Positions 32,975 through 42,769 of a stretch of 64,000 nucleotides of DNA are shown here, in pieces; within the stretch, counting starts at the first letter, position 1; the number at the start of each line of letters is the position of its first letter. The position numbers and the translations under genes are program-made. Source of the stretch: Rubrobacterales bacterium (GTDB lineage Bacteria > Actinomycetota > Rubrobacteria > Rubrobacterales > Rubrobacteraceae); contig JBBPYN010000076.1 of NCBI GenBank assembly GCA_038199875.1, forward strand, positions 7,036 to 71,035, in the 5' to 3' direction. A model generated the notes under the pieces. That model made no database searches and had not been told where the DNA came from. It was given only the letters and a program-made list of their open reading frames with translations.

Positions 32975-33522
32975 GCGGTCCTGCTCCCTGCTACCTCGGC
33001 TTCGAGGTCGTCGAGGGCCTGGGAGATCAGACGCTCGTGCTCGTCGCGATCGATGGAGCGTCCGATGACCTGCTCCGAGGCCTGGACGACCATGTCAGCG
33101 ACCTCGCTCCTGACCTCGCGCACCGCCGACTCCCGCTCGCGGTCTATCTCCTCGCGGGCGCGTTGGATCATGCGGTCGCCCTCCTCGCGGGCCTCCTTCT
33201 TCGTACGTTCGCGCTGGGCTTCGGCCTGCCTGCGGGCTTCCTCGAGGATGCGGCGCCCTTCGCCGCGGGCCTCCTCGATCTGACGCCTGTACTCGGCCAG
33301 GAGCTCACGCGCTTCGGCCCGTGTTTTCTCAGCCTCGTCGATAGAGCGTTCGATCTGGGCCTGGCGGTCCTGGATCTGCTTGCGGATCGGCGGAAAGACG
33401 AACCACACGAGCAGGAACAGCAAGATGAAGAAGGTTATGACCTCCCAGAAGATCAGGCTGGTGTTGCCCAGGTCGAAGATGCCCGTCGGGTCTAATTGTG
33501 CCAAAATCACTGCTATAAGCAC
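32971..33522 (-). CDS. atpF: ATP synthase b subunit
   Basis: Single TM (WEVITFFILLFLLVWFVFPPI) followed by a long coiled coil. Confidence 0.93.
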   Translation of the reverse strand: MLIAVILAQLDPTGIFDLGNTSLIFWEVITFFILLFLLVWFVFPPIRKQIQDRQAQIERSIDEAEKTRAEARELLAEYRRQIEEARGEGRRILEEARRQAEAQRERTKKEAREEGDRMIQRAREEIDRERESAVREVRSEVADMVVQASEQVIGRSIDRDEHERLISQALDDLEAEVAGSRTA

Positions 33523-33543
33523 CTTTCCTGTCCCCCTAACTGC

Positions 33544-33816
33544 TTAGAGCACGAACGCTATAAGGAGGGCGAACACGATGCCGTAGAGGGCGAACGCCTC
33601 CACAAGCCCGATGCCGAGGAACATCAGGGTCCTGGTCTGGTCGAATGCCTCGGGCTGGCGGTGTATGGAAGCTATGGTCTGTCCTATGAGGTAACCCATC
33701 CCGGCTCCCGGTCCGATGACAGCCGTGCCAGCCGCGATGCCGACCCCGATCATGGATACGTCCCCTGTGGCCTGCAGCAACGCCAGCGCGGGCATTATCA
33801 GCGCCAATACGTCCAT
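33544..33816 (-). CDS. atpE: ATP synthase c subunit
   Basis: GxGxGxG helix, RQPE loop, conserved Glu in LVEAFALY. ATG at 33816 with GGAG RBS. Confidence 0.94.
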   Translation of the reverse strand: MDVLALIMPALALLQATGDVSMIGVGIAAGTAVIGPGAGMGYLIGQTIASIHRQPEAFDQTRTLMFLGIGLVEAFALYGIVFALLIAFVL

Positions 33817-33865
33817 TCTTACTCCTTTCGCCTCTCGGCTTGCTCTCTCGCCTTGCTTGTAACTC

Positions 33866-34648
33866 TTAGTGGTCGCGGAACATTGCCAACTCGATATAGA
33901 CCTGCGTGAGTATAGCGAATATATAAGCCTGCAATATGGCCACAAAGATCTCGAACCCGTAGAACACCACGGACAGTGGCACGGAGATTATCGCGACGAG
34001 CGTACCGAAGTAGAGGATCAGGCCGAGGAATACGTAGATGATCAGGTGCCCCGCCAGGATGTTGGCGTAGAGCCGCATCCCTAGCGTAAGCGGCTTGGTG
34101 AACTCGCCAAGCACCTCGATGCCCCACATAAAAGGGACCATCACTATCTTGAGCGGCAGTCCGGGTGGGGCGAAGCTCTTGAGATAACTCCCCGCGCCGT
34201 TGCGCCTGAAGCCTTCGTACTGGGTGAGGATGAACGTGAGCAGCGCCAGGACCAGCGTAAACGAGATGTTGGCGGTAACGGGGTAGGTGTTGGGTATCAG
34301 CCCGATCAGGTTCAGCGTAAGAATGAAGACGAAGAGGGAGAGCGTGTAAGGGAACCACTTCTTCCCATCCTCCCCGACCTGCCCGCCGAGGTTGCGCCCG
34401 AAACCGTAGACCTCCTCGACGATGACCTGGTAAGCGCCTGGCCTGTCCTTGAGCAGGCGGCTGCCGATGAACAGCGTCAAGAACGTCACGGCGGCCCCGA
34501 TCCACAAAAACCAGATGGTCTTGTTGATAGAGATGTCTACGGGCCCTATGTGCAGCGGTATGTGCCAGGCGTGCTGCGCGGCCTCGAAGGTGTGCAGGAT
34601 CTTCGTTCGTAGCGCCTCCTGGCTGATCTGAGCCAGAGTAACCGTCAA
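33866..34648 (-). CDS. atpB: ATP synthase a subunit
   Basis: NLIGLIP, KPLTLGMRLYANILAGH (essential Arg), EIFVAILQAYIF. Confidence 0.95.
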   Translation of the reverse strand: MTVTLAQISQEALRTKILHTFEAAQHAWHIPLHIGPVDISINKTIWFLWIGAAVTFLTLFIGSRLLKDRPGAYQVIVEEVYGFGRNLGGQVGEDGKKWFPYTLSLFVFILTLNLIGLIPNTYPVTANISFTLVLALLTFILTQYEGFRRNGAGSYLKSFAPPGLPLKIVMVPFMWGIEVLGEFTKPLTLGMRLYANILAGHLIIYVFLGLILYFGTLVAIISVPLSVVFYGFEIFVAILQAYIFAILTQVYIELAMFRDH

Positions 34649-35085
34649 ACTTCCGCCCTCCCATCTACTGTTGCCTCACGCCTCGCGCGTTCGGCCTCAC
34701 GCTTTATACTCGCGTGGCTGATCTCTATCGCCCCCGGCATAAGCACGATGTTCTCCGCCAGGTAGACCCCAGCGAATCCCCCAAGCATCGGCAGCACGGG
34801 CCATAGCCCGAGGTACGCTGGAACACCAAGCGCCCCCGCCGCGAGCCCGCACCGTGCCACGAACGAGAAGGCTCCTACCATCATACCAATGGTCATGCTC
34901 GGCCCCCAAAGCAGAGAGACCGTGAGCGCCGTCGAGAGCAGACTGATAAGTCCTATCCCGACCCCGTAAGCGAAAGCCTCAGCGTGCGCAAGATCGTACA
35001 GGAAAAGTAGCAATGCGGCGACTGGGGTCATCAAGGCGACGATCAAACCGGCGCACCGGAAAGCGAGACGCCAGTGGTCTCCCAT
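34645..35085 (-). CDS. atpI: ATP synthase protein I-like membrane protein
   Basis: Four hydrophobic segments, directly upstream of atpB; ATG overlaps the upstream TGA. Confidence 0.7.
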   Translation of the reverse strand: MGDHWRLAFRCAGLIVALMTPVAALLLFLYDLAHAEAFAYGVGIGLISLLSTALTVSLLWGPSMTIGMMVGAFSFVARCGLAAGALGVPAYLGLWPVLPMLGGFAGVYLAENIVLMPGAIEISHASIKREAERARREATVDGRAEV

Positions 35086-35309
35086 CAGCCACCCAGCTTC
35101 TGCAGCGCCCGGTACACGTAGTACATCCCCCCGACGAACCCCGCAGCCAACCCGACCAGAAGAAACAACGGAAGGGTCCCAACAAGCCTGTCCAGCACGA
35201 GACCTACCACCGTGGGGAGGCCGAAGATCAACATGAGGGTGATTCCAAGACCTACGAAACGCGCATAGTTGCCGCTCGTGTCGTTCCGTTGAGATCTGGT
35301 GTCGGGCAT
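35085..35309 (-). CDS. AtpZ/AtpI family small membrane protein
   Basis: GLVLDRLVGTLPLFLLVGLAAGFVGG motif; first gene of the atp operon. Confidence 0.8.
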   Translation of the reverse strand: MPDTRSQRNDTSGNYARFVGLGITLMLIFGLPTVVGLVLDRLVGTLPLFLLVGLAAGFVGGMYYVYRALQKLGG

Positions 35310-35316
35310 CACACGC

Positions 35317-35345
35317 ATCATACCCTACGGGCCAATTTGTTGCAA
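35317..35345 (-). promoter_or_regulatory. Sigma-A-type promoter of the atp operon
   Basis: TTGCAA-N17-TATGAT, with the ATG 7 nt downstream (probably leaderless). Confidence 0.65.
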
Positions 35346-35351
35346 TCAGTG

Positions 35352-35549
35352 TCAATCTCCGGAAAACCGCCCCTCCCGATGGCCGCTGTGGCCCCACGGA
35401 CGCGCCGGCACGTCCCGCCAGAGGGTGCCGTTAACCAGGATACCGTGCACGAAGAAGAGCACGGGTCCCGTCCCGACGTCGCGGTAGCGGATCACACCCC
35501 CACCTGCCCGTGCCTCCCGTACTTCTCGCTCTACGCTACTGCCTTCCAC
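35352..35549 (-). pseudogene. Truncated alpha/beta hydrolase (N-terminal 65 aa only)
   Basis: IRYRDVGTGPVLFFVHGILVNGTLWRDV is a hydrolase N-terminus, but the ORF ends before the nucleophile elbow; divergent from a TetR gene. Confidence 0.7.
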
Positions 35550-35590
35550 GAGTCTCTCCTCTCATGGCCCGTAGTCCGATGATATCTTGT

Positions 35591-35624
35591 TATTGACACT
35601 GCGTCAATAGACACGGTGTCAATA
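35591..35624. promoter_or_regulatory. Tandem palindromic operator, probably for the adjacent TetR
   Basis: TATTGACACTGCGTCAATA followed by (AA)TAGACACGGTGTCAATA: two imperfect TGACAC-N-GTGTCA palindromes in the divergent intergenic region. Confidence 0.65.
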
Positions 35625-35661
35625 ACGCGGTACATTGTCTGTCATCTTAGGAGAGAGTCGG

Positions 35662-36321
35662 GTGAAAGATGGCGACGAGTTGAGCGAGGATCGGGGGCCG
35701 CGCAGGCGGCGCAGGCCGGAGGAGGCGGAGCGGACGATACTGGCTGCGGGGCGTGCGTTTTTGGAGGAGCATCCGTTCAGGGAGATGACCGTGGAGGGAG
35801 TTATGGTGCGCACCGGGTTATCGCGGCCTGCCTTCTACGCGTACTTCAAGGACCGATACGACCTGGTTACGCGTTTGATCGAGGGCGTCGGCGGCCTGCT
35901 CTTCGCGCTGGACTGGCGTTGGTTATCCGGTACGGCTGAAGGTGACGGGGACCGGGCCAGGACCGTTCTCGTCGAGGCGTTGCGCGCGGGTTCTCAGACC
36001 TTTGTCGAGTACGGGCCCGTGTTGCGCGCGATCTCCGACGCTGCCGGTTACGACGCCAGGGTCGAAGAGGTCTACAGGGGCGGCCTGATCGAACGCCTTA
36101 TCGCGGCGGTGGCGGAGCGTATCGCACGTGACGTAGATGCCGGCGTCACGCCAGGCGACACTGACCCAGGACAGACGGCGCGGGCGTTGGTGCTGATGAC
36201 GGAGCGGTACCTGCTAGACGCCTTCGGGCGCACCGGGAGCCATCCATCGCGCGCGGAGCAGGCGGCGATTTTCGACACGCTGGAGGGGATCTGGGTCAGA
36301 ACGTTGTACGGTCCAGAGTAA
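35662..36321 (+). CDS. TetR/AcrR family transcriptional regulator
   Basis: HTH MTVEGVMVRTGLSRPAFYAYFKDRYDL; AGGAG RBS before the GTG at 35662. Confidence 0.92.
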   Translation: MKDGDELSEDRGPRRRRRPEEAERTILAAGRAFLEEHPFREMTVEGVMVRTGLSRPAFYAYFKDRYDLVTRLIEGVGGLLFALDWRWLSGTAEGDGDRARTVLVEALRAGSQTFVEYGPVLRAISDAAGYDARVEEVYRGGLIERLIAAVAERIARDVDAGVTPGDTDPGQTARALVLMTERYLLDAFGRTGSHPSRAEQAAIFDTLEGIWVRTLYGPE

Positions 36322-36337
36322 AGGCGATACGTGGTTT

Positions 36338-36360
36338 GGGCGGTTCGCGAACCACCCTTA
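36338..36360. repeat. REP-like palindrome (GGCGGTTCGCGAACC family)
   Basis: GGGCGGTTCGCGAACCACCC; similar copies at 54162, 55815, 60228 and 63685. Confidence 0.65.
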
Positions 36361-36855
36361 TGGGTCGGGGGTGAACCGGACCATCGCGAGGCCGCCTTCG
36401 GTGGCGAGTTCCATCGCGAGGGGGTCTGGGTATCCGCCCGAGTAGTGGACCTCTTCGATGCCTGAGTTCATGATCATCTTCACGCACATCAGGCACGGCT
36501 GGTGTGTGCAGTAGATGGATGCGCCCGTAATTGGAACGCCGTGGTAGGCGGCCTGGATGATCGCGTTCTGTTCCGCGTGCAGCGTGCGTTGGCAGCTCTC
36601 GCGGCCGTCCACTATCCGGATCAGACACCCCACCTCGTCGCAATGGGGCATCCCCGACGGGCTACCGTTGTAGCCTGTAGTCAGTATGCGTTTGTCGCGT
36701 ACGATCACGGCTCCGACGGCGAGCCGCGGGCAGGTCGAGCGCGTCGCGACCTCGTGCGATATGCGCATGAAGTACTCGTCCCACGAAGGACGGATTCTCT
36801 TCAGGGTCTCGTGCGAGTTCGAGGTATCTACAGCGGGGTCCTCAAAGGGTTCCAT
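36358..36855 (-). CDS. dCMP deaminase / ComEB family cytidine deaminase
   Basis: RSTCPRLAVGAVIV, TGYNG, HAEQNA, PCLMC. Confidence 0.9.
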   Translation of the reverse strand: MEPFEDPAVDTSNSHETLKRIRPSWDEYFMRISHEVATRSTCPRLAVGAVIVRDKRILTTGYNGSPSGMPHCDEVGCLIRIVDGRESCQRTLHAEQNAIIQAAYHGVPITGASIYCTHQPCLMCVKMIMNSGIEEVHYSGGYPDPLAMELATEGGLAMVRFTPDP

Positions 36856-37489
36856 AGAGCCTGTCTCCCGCGTCGCCGAGGCCGGGGACGATAAAGGCGC
36901 GGTCGTCCAGTTCGGGGTCGACGGCTGCGGCGTAGAACGTCACGTCGGGGTGCTCTGTGGTGAGGCGTTCCACGCCTGGCACGGCGGCGACGGCGTGGAG
37001 GCAGGAGATCCAGGTCGCGCCCTCCTCCTTGAGCTTGTCTATGGTGGCGGAGAGGCTCCCCCCCGTCGCGAGCATCGGGTCGAGGACGAGGACGAGGTAC
37101 TCGTCGAGGTTACGCGGGAGGTTGACGTAATACTCGACCGGTTGGGCCGTCTCCTCATCGCGCTGCAGGCCCATAAAGCCCACCGTCGCCGTCGGCAGCA
37201 GGGCGAGCGCCCCGTCGAGCATCCCCAGTCCGGCGCGCAGCACGGGGACCAGGCAGACGGGATAGGAGATCTCCTCCACCTCAGTCTCGGTAAGGGGGGT
37301 CCTGATGCGGGCCTGGCTCGTCGGCATGTTCCTCGTGGCTTCGGCGACCATGATCAGGGCGAGTTCCTTCATGGCCTGCCTGAAATCTGCGGTTCTGGTG
37401 CGCTCGTCGCGCAAGACGGCGAGCTTGTGGCGGCTCAGGGGCCCGTCTACGACGTGAAGGTTATTCACGTCGGGGATGGTCTCACTCAT
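36842..37489 (-). CDS. upp: Uracil phosphoribosyltransferase
   Basis: [36 protein letters not shown]. Confidence 0.96.
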   Translation of the reverse strand: MSETIPDVNNLHVVDGPLSRHKLAVLRDERTRTADFRQAMKELALIMVAEATRNMPTSQARIRTPLTETEVEEISYPVCLVPVLRAGLGMLDGALALLPTATVGFMGLQRDEETAQPVEYYVNLPRNLDEYLVLVLDPMLATGGSLSATIDKLKEEGATWISCLHAVAAVPGVERLTTEHPDVTFYAAAVDPELDDRAFIVPGLGDAGDRLYGTL

Positions 37490-38705
37490 AGAGCGGGTAT
37501 GCTTCCGTCAGGGCGGCGACCCTGTCCTGCAGGCCGTCCGTCTCGCCACGCGTGGTCGCGACGATGATGTCGGAGATCTCACGCATCTCGTCCTCGCCCA
37601 TGCCGCGGGTCGTCATAGCGGCGGTGCCGAGCCTGACGCCGCTCGTCACCGTCGGCGGCTCGGGGTCGTTCGGAACCATGTTCTTGTTGCAGGTGACGCC
37701 TACGGCCTCGAGGGAATCTTCCAGCTGCTTGCCCGTGACATCAGAACCTTTCAGGTCGACCAGGATCAGGTGGTTGTCCGTCCCGCCTGAGACGAGCTCG
37801 AGGCCCCCTTCCAAGAGTCCTTCGGCCAGTGCTCTGCAGTTCTCGACGATCTTGCGGGCGTAGTCCTTGAACTCGGGCTGCAGCGCCTCGCCGAAGGCGA
37901 CGGCCTTGCCTGCTATGGCGTGCATCAGCGGGCCGCCCTGCATACCAGGGAAGACGCGGCTGTTGACCTTCTTGGCGAACTCGTCGCGGCAGAGGATCAT
38001 ACCTCCACGGGCGCCGCGCAGCGTCTTGTGGGTCGTCGTGGTAACGATCTCACAGTAAGGGATCGGCGAGGGGTGGACGTCTGCGGCGACGAGGCCGGCG
38101 ATGTGGGCCATGTCCGTCAGGAAGAACGCCCCGACCTCGTCGGAGATCTCACGGAACCTCTCGAAGTCGATGATGCGCGGGTAGGCGCTCGCACCGGCCA
38201 GGATCATACGCGGCCTCTCGCGTAGCGCGGTGTCGCGGACCTCATCGTAGTCGATGTAGCCGTCCCCGCCGACGCCGTAGTGGACGAAGTCATAGGTACG
38301 GCCCGAGAAGTTGAGCTTCATCCCGTGCGTGAGGTGGCCACCGTGGGCGAGGTCCATGGAAAGGACCTTCTCGCCCGGGTCGATGAGCGCCGCGTAGGCA
38401 GCCTCATTAGCCTGGCTCCCCGAGTGGGGCTGCACGTTCACGTGCTCGGCCCCGAAGAGTTGTTTCGCCCGGTCGATGGCGATGTTCTCGGCCTTGTCTA
38501 CCTGCTCGCACCCGCCATAGTAGCGCTTGCCGGGATAGCCCTCCGCGTACTTGTTGGTGAGGACCGATCCCTGCGCGGCGAGCACCGCAGGCGAAGTGAA
38601 GTTCTCGCTCGCGATGAGTTCTATGGTCGCGCGCTGACGTTCCAGTTCGCCGTCGAGCGCATCCTGGACCTCGGCATCCACGACCTCGGTGTACGGTCCG
38701 ATCAC
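37482..38705 (-). CDS. glyA: Serine hydroxymethyltransferase
   Basis: [32 protein letters not shown] (PLP Lys), GGTDNHL. Confidence 0.97.
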   Translation of the reverse strand: MIGPYTEVVDAEVQDALDGELERQRATIELIASENFTSPAVLAAQGSVLTNKYAEGYPGKRYYGGCEQVDKAENIAIDRAKQLFGAEHVNVQPHSGSQANEAAYAALIDPGEKVLSMDLAHGGHLTHGMKLNFSGRTYDFVHYGVGGDGYIDYDEVRDTALRERPRMILAGASAYPRIIDFERFREISDEVGAFFLTDMAHIAGLVAADVHPSPIPYCEIVTTTTHKTLRGARGGMILCRDEFAKKVNSRVFPGMQGGPLMHAIAGKAVAFGEALQPEFKDYARKIVENCRALAEGLLEGGLELVSGGTDNHLILVDLKGSDVTGKQLEDSLEAVGVTCNKNMVPNDPEPPTVTSGVRLGTAAMTTRGMGEDEMREISDIIVATTRGETDGLQDRVAALTEAYPLYE

Positions 38706-38826
38706 GTTCTACCTCCGCTCCGGGTTAGAGAAGTGTCCGGCGTCGCGCCGGGAAATGTGGTGGTTGAGCGATCCTGTGGGGCTTCGATCTCCCCGCGTCC
38801 TCCCTACCAGCCTTGCAACTGCACGG

Positions 38827-38855
38827 AGTATAGACCTTCTGTCTGAAGCCCTCAA
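38827..38855 (-). promoter_or_regulatory. Sigma-A-type promoter upstream of glyA
   Basis: TTGAGG-N17-TATACT, about 115 nt before the glyA start. Confidence 0.55.
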
Positions 38856-38968
38856 ATTTACGTGACGGGTTTCGGGTGATCGGCGAGGGCGTGCAATTGA
38901 AGTGTTGGGAGAGTTTGCCTGGTGGTAAGGTCCCGCATCGCGTTTCCACGGAGGCTGGGCTGCCAACC

Positions 38969-39535
38969 TCATCCGGGGGTGAGATTCGCCAGCTTCTGTG
39001 TGGATAGTTCACCATCGGCGCGCAAGAGCCGCACGTTGCCCTTCGAAAGATCGACCACCGCAGAGGCTTCGCCGCTACCTGGCTCTCCTTCGACGACGAG
39101 GTCTACGGCTTCGAGCACCCGTGGGTCCACATCGTCGGGCGCAGCTCTAGCGGGCTCTCCGGAGAGGTTCGCGCTCGTGGCGTAGAGTGGACCACCGTAC
39201 GCCGCGAGCAACTCCCGCACAGCGTTGCCTGCCGGCACCCTCACCCCAATCGTTTCCCCGTCTGGGAGATCCAGGACCAGCGTGAGCGGTCCTGGCCAGT
39301 AAAGATCGGCGAGTTTCATTGCCAGAGGGGGAACGTTCTCCGTCAATCCGAAGGCCTCTTCCGCCGAGCTACAGAGCAGAGCTATGGGTTTATCCCCGTC
39401 CCTGTCCTTGATCTCACGTATCCGAGCCAGGCCGGACTCCGCGGCGACAAGCCCGACGACGGTCTCTGTGGGAACTATGGCGACCTCGCCGGCTCTGAGA
39501 GACGAGGCGGCTTCGTGGGCAGAGACGGTCCTCAT
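38969..39535 (-). CDS. tsaC: L-threonylcarbamoyladenylate synthase (YrdC/TsaC single-domain)
   Basis: PTETVVGL, K-x-R, YWPGPLTLVL, GVRVP, ATSANLSG. Confidence 0.88.
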   Translation of the reverse strand: MRTVSAHEAASSLRAGEVAIVPTETVVGLVAAESGLARIREIKDRDGDKPIALLCSSAEEAFGLTENVPPLAMKLADLYWPGPLTLVLDLPDGETIGVRVPAGNAVRELLAAYGGPLYATSANLSGEPARAAPDDVDPRVLEAVDLVVEGEPGSGEASAVVDLSKGNVRLLRADGELSTQKLANLTPG

Positions 39536-40401
39536 CCCCACCTCAACAGGACGGCCCGTGTCGTTCGAGCCAGGTCGTCGCGCACTCCGAGCGGTAAGAA
39601 GCCAGATCTCTCGCCGAGGCTCAGCACCTTCTCGGCCTGGCCGTCGCCGATCTCGAGTACGACGTCGGCGCCGTCCTTTAGCAGTGGCGGCGTCTCAGCG
39701 AAGAGGCGTTTGAAGAACCCTAGCTCGTCCGAACCGCTGTAGAGGGCGACCGGCGGGTCCCAGGCCCTCACCTCGGGAGCGAGCCTGCTGGCAGCGCTGA
39801 TCTCATCCACATAAGGCGGGTTCGAGACGAGTAGGTCGACCTTCTTCTCCAGAAAATCCAGACCCGAGGCCACGTCAGCGACATGGAAGTCCACGTTAGT
39901 CTTGTTACGACCGGCGTTGCTCCTTGCCGCTTCGATAGCGGTCTCCGAGACGTCAGTAGCGTGGACCTCGCAGCGCGGGCGTTCCTGGGCTACGGAGACC
40001 GCGATGGCCCCCGAGCCCGTTCCGACGTCGAGCACCACGCAAGGGTAGCCACGTAGATCTATTTGCTCAAGTGCCAGATCCACGACGCTCTCGGTGTCGG
40101 GGCGCGGGATGAGGGTGTCTTCGTTGAGGTCGAGGACGAGGTTCCTGAAGTACGCGTAGCCGAGGATGCGCTGCACGGGCTCGCGTTTTGTGCGGCGGGA
40201 GATCCAGGCCTCGAATAGCTCCGCCTGCTCGTCCGTCAGGGGCTTGTCGTAAATTGCGAGCTCGGCACGTCCTATGCCGAGTAGCTCTGAGAGAAGGGTC
40301 TCGGCGGAGGCGGCGGACTCGGGGACGCCTGCGCTCTCCAGTTTCGCGGCGGCGTGACGCGCAGCTTCTCGGGCGCTGGCTTCGCCTGCGCCTGAGGCCA
40401 C
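39532..40401 (-). CDS. prmC: Release factor glutamine methyltransferase
   Basis: REPVQRILG, LIPRPDTE, DVGTGSGAIA, SNPPY. Confidence 0.94.
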   Translation of the reverse strand: MASGAGEASAREAARHAAAKLESAGVPESAASAETLLSELLGIGRAELAIYDKPLTDEQAELFEAWISRRTKREPVQRILGYAYFRNLVLDLNEDTLIPRPDTESVVDLALEQIDLRGYPCVVLDVGTGSGAIAVSVAQERPRCEVHATDVSETAIEAARSNAGRNKTNVDFHVADVASGLDFLEKKVDLLVSNPPYVDEISAASRLAPEVRAWDPPVALYSGSDELGFFKRLFAETPPLLKDGADVVLEIGDGQAEKVLSLGERSGFLPLGVRDDLARTTRAVLLRWG

Positions 40402-40405
40402 CGTT

Positions 40406-41500
40406 CTAGCCCTGGGTTCCTGCCGCTTCGGCGGCGAGCTTGTCCGCCCTCTCCTTGGCGGCGAGTGCCTGCGTGAACTCCTCCAGGTCGCCTCCGAGGG
40501 TGGCCTCCAGGTTGTGGGAGGTGACGCCGACGCGGTGGTCGGTAATGCGGCCTTGCGGGAAGTTGTAGGTACGGACCTTCGCGGAGCGGTCGCCCGTGCC
40601 GACCTGGGCCTGACGGAGGGCACCCTCTTGCTCGGCCCGCTCGCGCATCTCGCGTTCGAGGAGCCTTGACTTCAGGATCCTCATGGCCTGCTCTTTGTTC
40701 TGGAGCTGGCTCTTCTCGTTCTGGCAGGTCACGACGAGGCCGGTCGGCTTGTGCGTGATCCTGACCGCTGAGTCCGTGGTGTTCACGCTCTGTCCACCGG
40801 GACCGCTGGAACGGTACACGTCGACCTCGAGGTCTCCGGTGTTGATCTGGACCTCAACGTCCTCGGCCTCGGGAAGGACGGCCACCGTCGCAGTCGACGT
40901 GTGTATGCGGCCCTGGCTCTCTGTCTTCGGCACCCGCTGGACTCTATGCGTCCCGCCCTCGTGCTTGAAGACCGAGTAGGCCCTATCGCCGCTGATCTCT
41001 ACCGCGACCTCCTTGTACCCGCCGACCTCGGCCGGGCTCGACGAGAGGGTGCGGTGCTTGAAGCCGAGGCGGTCCGCGTAGCGCGTGTACATGTCGTGCA
41101 ACTCGCCGGCGAAGAGCGCCGCCTCGTCGCCGCCTGCGCCGCCACGGATCTCGATTATGACGTCCTTATCGTCGTTCGGGTCACGGTCGATGAGCTCGGT
41201 CCTTATGGTCTCCGATAGCTCTTCGATCCGCTCTTCCGCTTCCCTCGCCTCCGCCTGGAAGAACTCGCGCTCCTCGGCGTTCTCGGCCTGGGGGATGAGC
41301 TCCCGCGCGTCCCGCTCTGCCCCGACCACATCGAGCAGCTCACGGGACATCTCGGCCCCGCGCCGCATGCGTGCGTGCTCCCTGGCGACCTCGGCATAGT
41401 GCCGCTGGTCGCTGTAGATGTTGGGGTCCGAGAGTACTTTTGTCAACGTGTCGTAGCGGCCGAGCGTCTCCTCGGCCAGCTTCACTACCTGACTATCCAA
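40406..41500 (-). CDS. prfA: Peptide chain release factor 1
   Basis: HRVQRVPKTESQGRIHTS (PxT), GPGGQSVN. Confidence 0.97.
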   Translation of the reverse strand: MDSQVVKLAEETLGRYDTLTKVLSDPNIYSDQRHYAEVAREHARMRRGAEMSRELLDVVGAERDARELIPQAENAEEREFFQAEAREAEERIEELSETIRTELIDRDPNDDKDVIIEIRGGAGGDEAALFAGELHDMYTRYADRLGFKHRTLSSSPAEVGGYKEVAVEISGDRAYSVFKHEGGTHRVQRVPKTESQGRIHTSTATVAVLPEAEDVEVQINTGDLEVDVYRSSGPGGQSVNTTDSAVRITHKPTGLVVTCQNEKSQLQNKEQAMRILKSRLLEREMRERAEQEGALRQAQVGTGDRSAKVRTYNFPQGRITDHRVGVTSHNLEATLGGDLEEFTQALAAKERADKLAAEAAGTQG

Positions 41501-41501
41501 T

Positions 41502-42416
41502 TCAAATCACCAGTTTGTTCGTAGCCTCGTTCGGCTCGATCTCCGATTCCTTCTCCATAGAGAGGACCTTCTTCAGGGAGGCCATCGCGACCTCGACCAT
41601 GTCGTCGGAGGGCTCGCGCGTGGTCAACTTCTGCATCTGCAGTCCTGGCCACACGAGCGCCCGCACCAGCGCGCTGTCCTGGTGCCGCGCGCTCCACATG
41701 ATGAACTCGAACGCGAGACCTGCCACGACGGGGATGACGATCACCCGGCTTGCCAGCATGTAGAGCCACCCCTGGACCCCAAGCAGCGAGAACACCAGGA
41801 TAGAGAGGACGAGCACGTAAAGTACGAAGCTCGTCCCGCAGCGGACGTGGCTCGTGTCAAGCTTGCGCGCGTTCTCGGGAACCAACTCCTCGCCCCGCTC
41901 GTAGACCTTTATCGCCTTGTGTTCGGCGCCGTGGTAGCCGAAGAAGCGTTTGATGTCCTTGCTGAGGAGGGTGATGCCGACCAGGTAGGCAACGAAGATC
42001 GCGATCCTTATCACACCCTCGACGAGGTTGAAGAGAACAGGGTTCTCGATGCTGCCGCCGATCAGAGACCCGAGCCCCTTGGTCCCTAGGACGGGAGCGA
42101 CGAGGAAGAGCCCGAAACCGAGCACCAGCGCGAAGACGAGGGTGCCCGCGATCTCCTTCTTGGAAAGCTCCTGCTCCTCGCCGAGCGCAATGTTCGTCGA
42201 GAGCGTCAGCGCCTTCATGCCGAGCCACAGCGTCTCTCCCAGAGAAAGGGCGCCACGGATAATGGGTAGGCGGAACAGCTTGCTGCGGCGGGTGACCGAA
42301 CGGAACCGCTCAGCCCGCAAATCCATGTCTCCTGAGGGCGTGCGGACGGCCATCCCCCAGAAGTTGGGGGAGCGCATCAAGACGCCCTCCATTATGGCCT
42401 GTCCGCCGACCCTCAT
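41502..42416 (-). CDS. DUF1385 family membrane protein
   Basis: VGGQAIMEGV, YHGAEHKAI, RCGTSF, LTTREP. Confidence 0.9.
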   Translation of the reverse strand: MRVGGQAIMEGVLMRSPNFWGMAVRTPSGDMDLRAERFRSVTRRSKLFRLPIIRGALSLGETLWLGMKALTLSTNIALGEEQELSKKEIAGTLVFALVLGFGLFLVAPVLGTKGLGSLIGGSIENPVLFNLVEGVIRIAIFVAYLVGITLLSKDIKRFFGYHGAEHKAIKVYERGEELVPENARKLDTSHVRCGTSFVLYVLVLSILVFSLLGVQGWLYMLASRVIVIPVVAGLAFEFIMWSARHQDSALVRALVWPGLQMQKLTTREPSDDMVEVAMASLKKVLSMEKESEIEPNEATNKLVI

Positions 42417-42429
42417 AGTTTTTTAGGCC

Positions 42430-42648
42430 TTACTGCCTGTTCTCGCGGGCCTGCTGGCGGCGGTTCTGGAACCGCTGTACCCTGCCGCCGGTGTCGACTA
42501 TGCGTTGCTTGCCCGTGTAGAACGGGTGGCACTCGGAGCAGAGGTCGACCGTGATAGTGTCCCCCGCAGTAGAGCGCGTCTCGAACTCATTGCCGCACAT
42601 GCAGCGCACCAGCGTCGTCGTGTACTCTGGATGTATACCAGTCTTCAT
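42430..42648 (-). CDS. rpmE: 50S ribosomal protein L31 (Zn-binding type)
   Basis: [12 protein letters not shown]...[17 protein letters not shown]. Confidence 0.96.
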   Translation of the reverse strand: MKTGIHPEYTTTLVRCMCGNEFETRSTAGDTITVDLCSECHPFYTGKQRIVDTGGRVQRFQNRRQQARENRQ

Positions 42649-42722
42649 TCTTTACCTCCGTCTGCTTTCTGTCTGCTATTTACGATACTCCATTATTGTA
42701 TCGCAGCTACCCCAGAGAACGG

Positions 42723-42752
42723 GGGAGTAGGGTTTACTTTCTACCTACTCCC
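42723..42752. terminator. Hairpin between rho and rpmE
   Basis: GGGAGTAGG ... CCTACTCCC 9-bp perfect stem just after the rho stop. Confidence 0.4.
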
Positions 42753-42769
42753 TGGGCCGCGAAGCGGCC

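Noticed and set aside
33544-33816. Na+-translocating ATP synthase
   Set aside because: The c subunit lacks the Na+ signature (Gln in helix 1, E-S/T in helix 2); it has Met and E-A, consistent with H+ coupling.
38706-38960. ZTP, THF or glycine riboswitch upstream of glyA
   Set aside because: The core consensus nucleotides were not found on manual reading; kept only as a generic structured leader.
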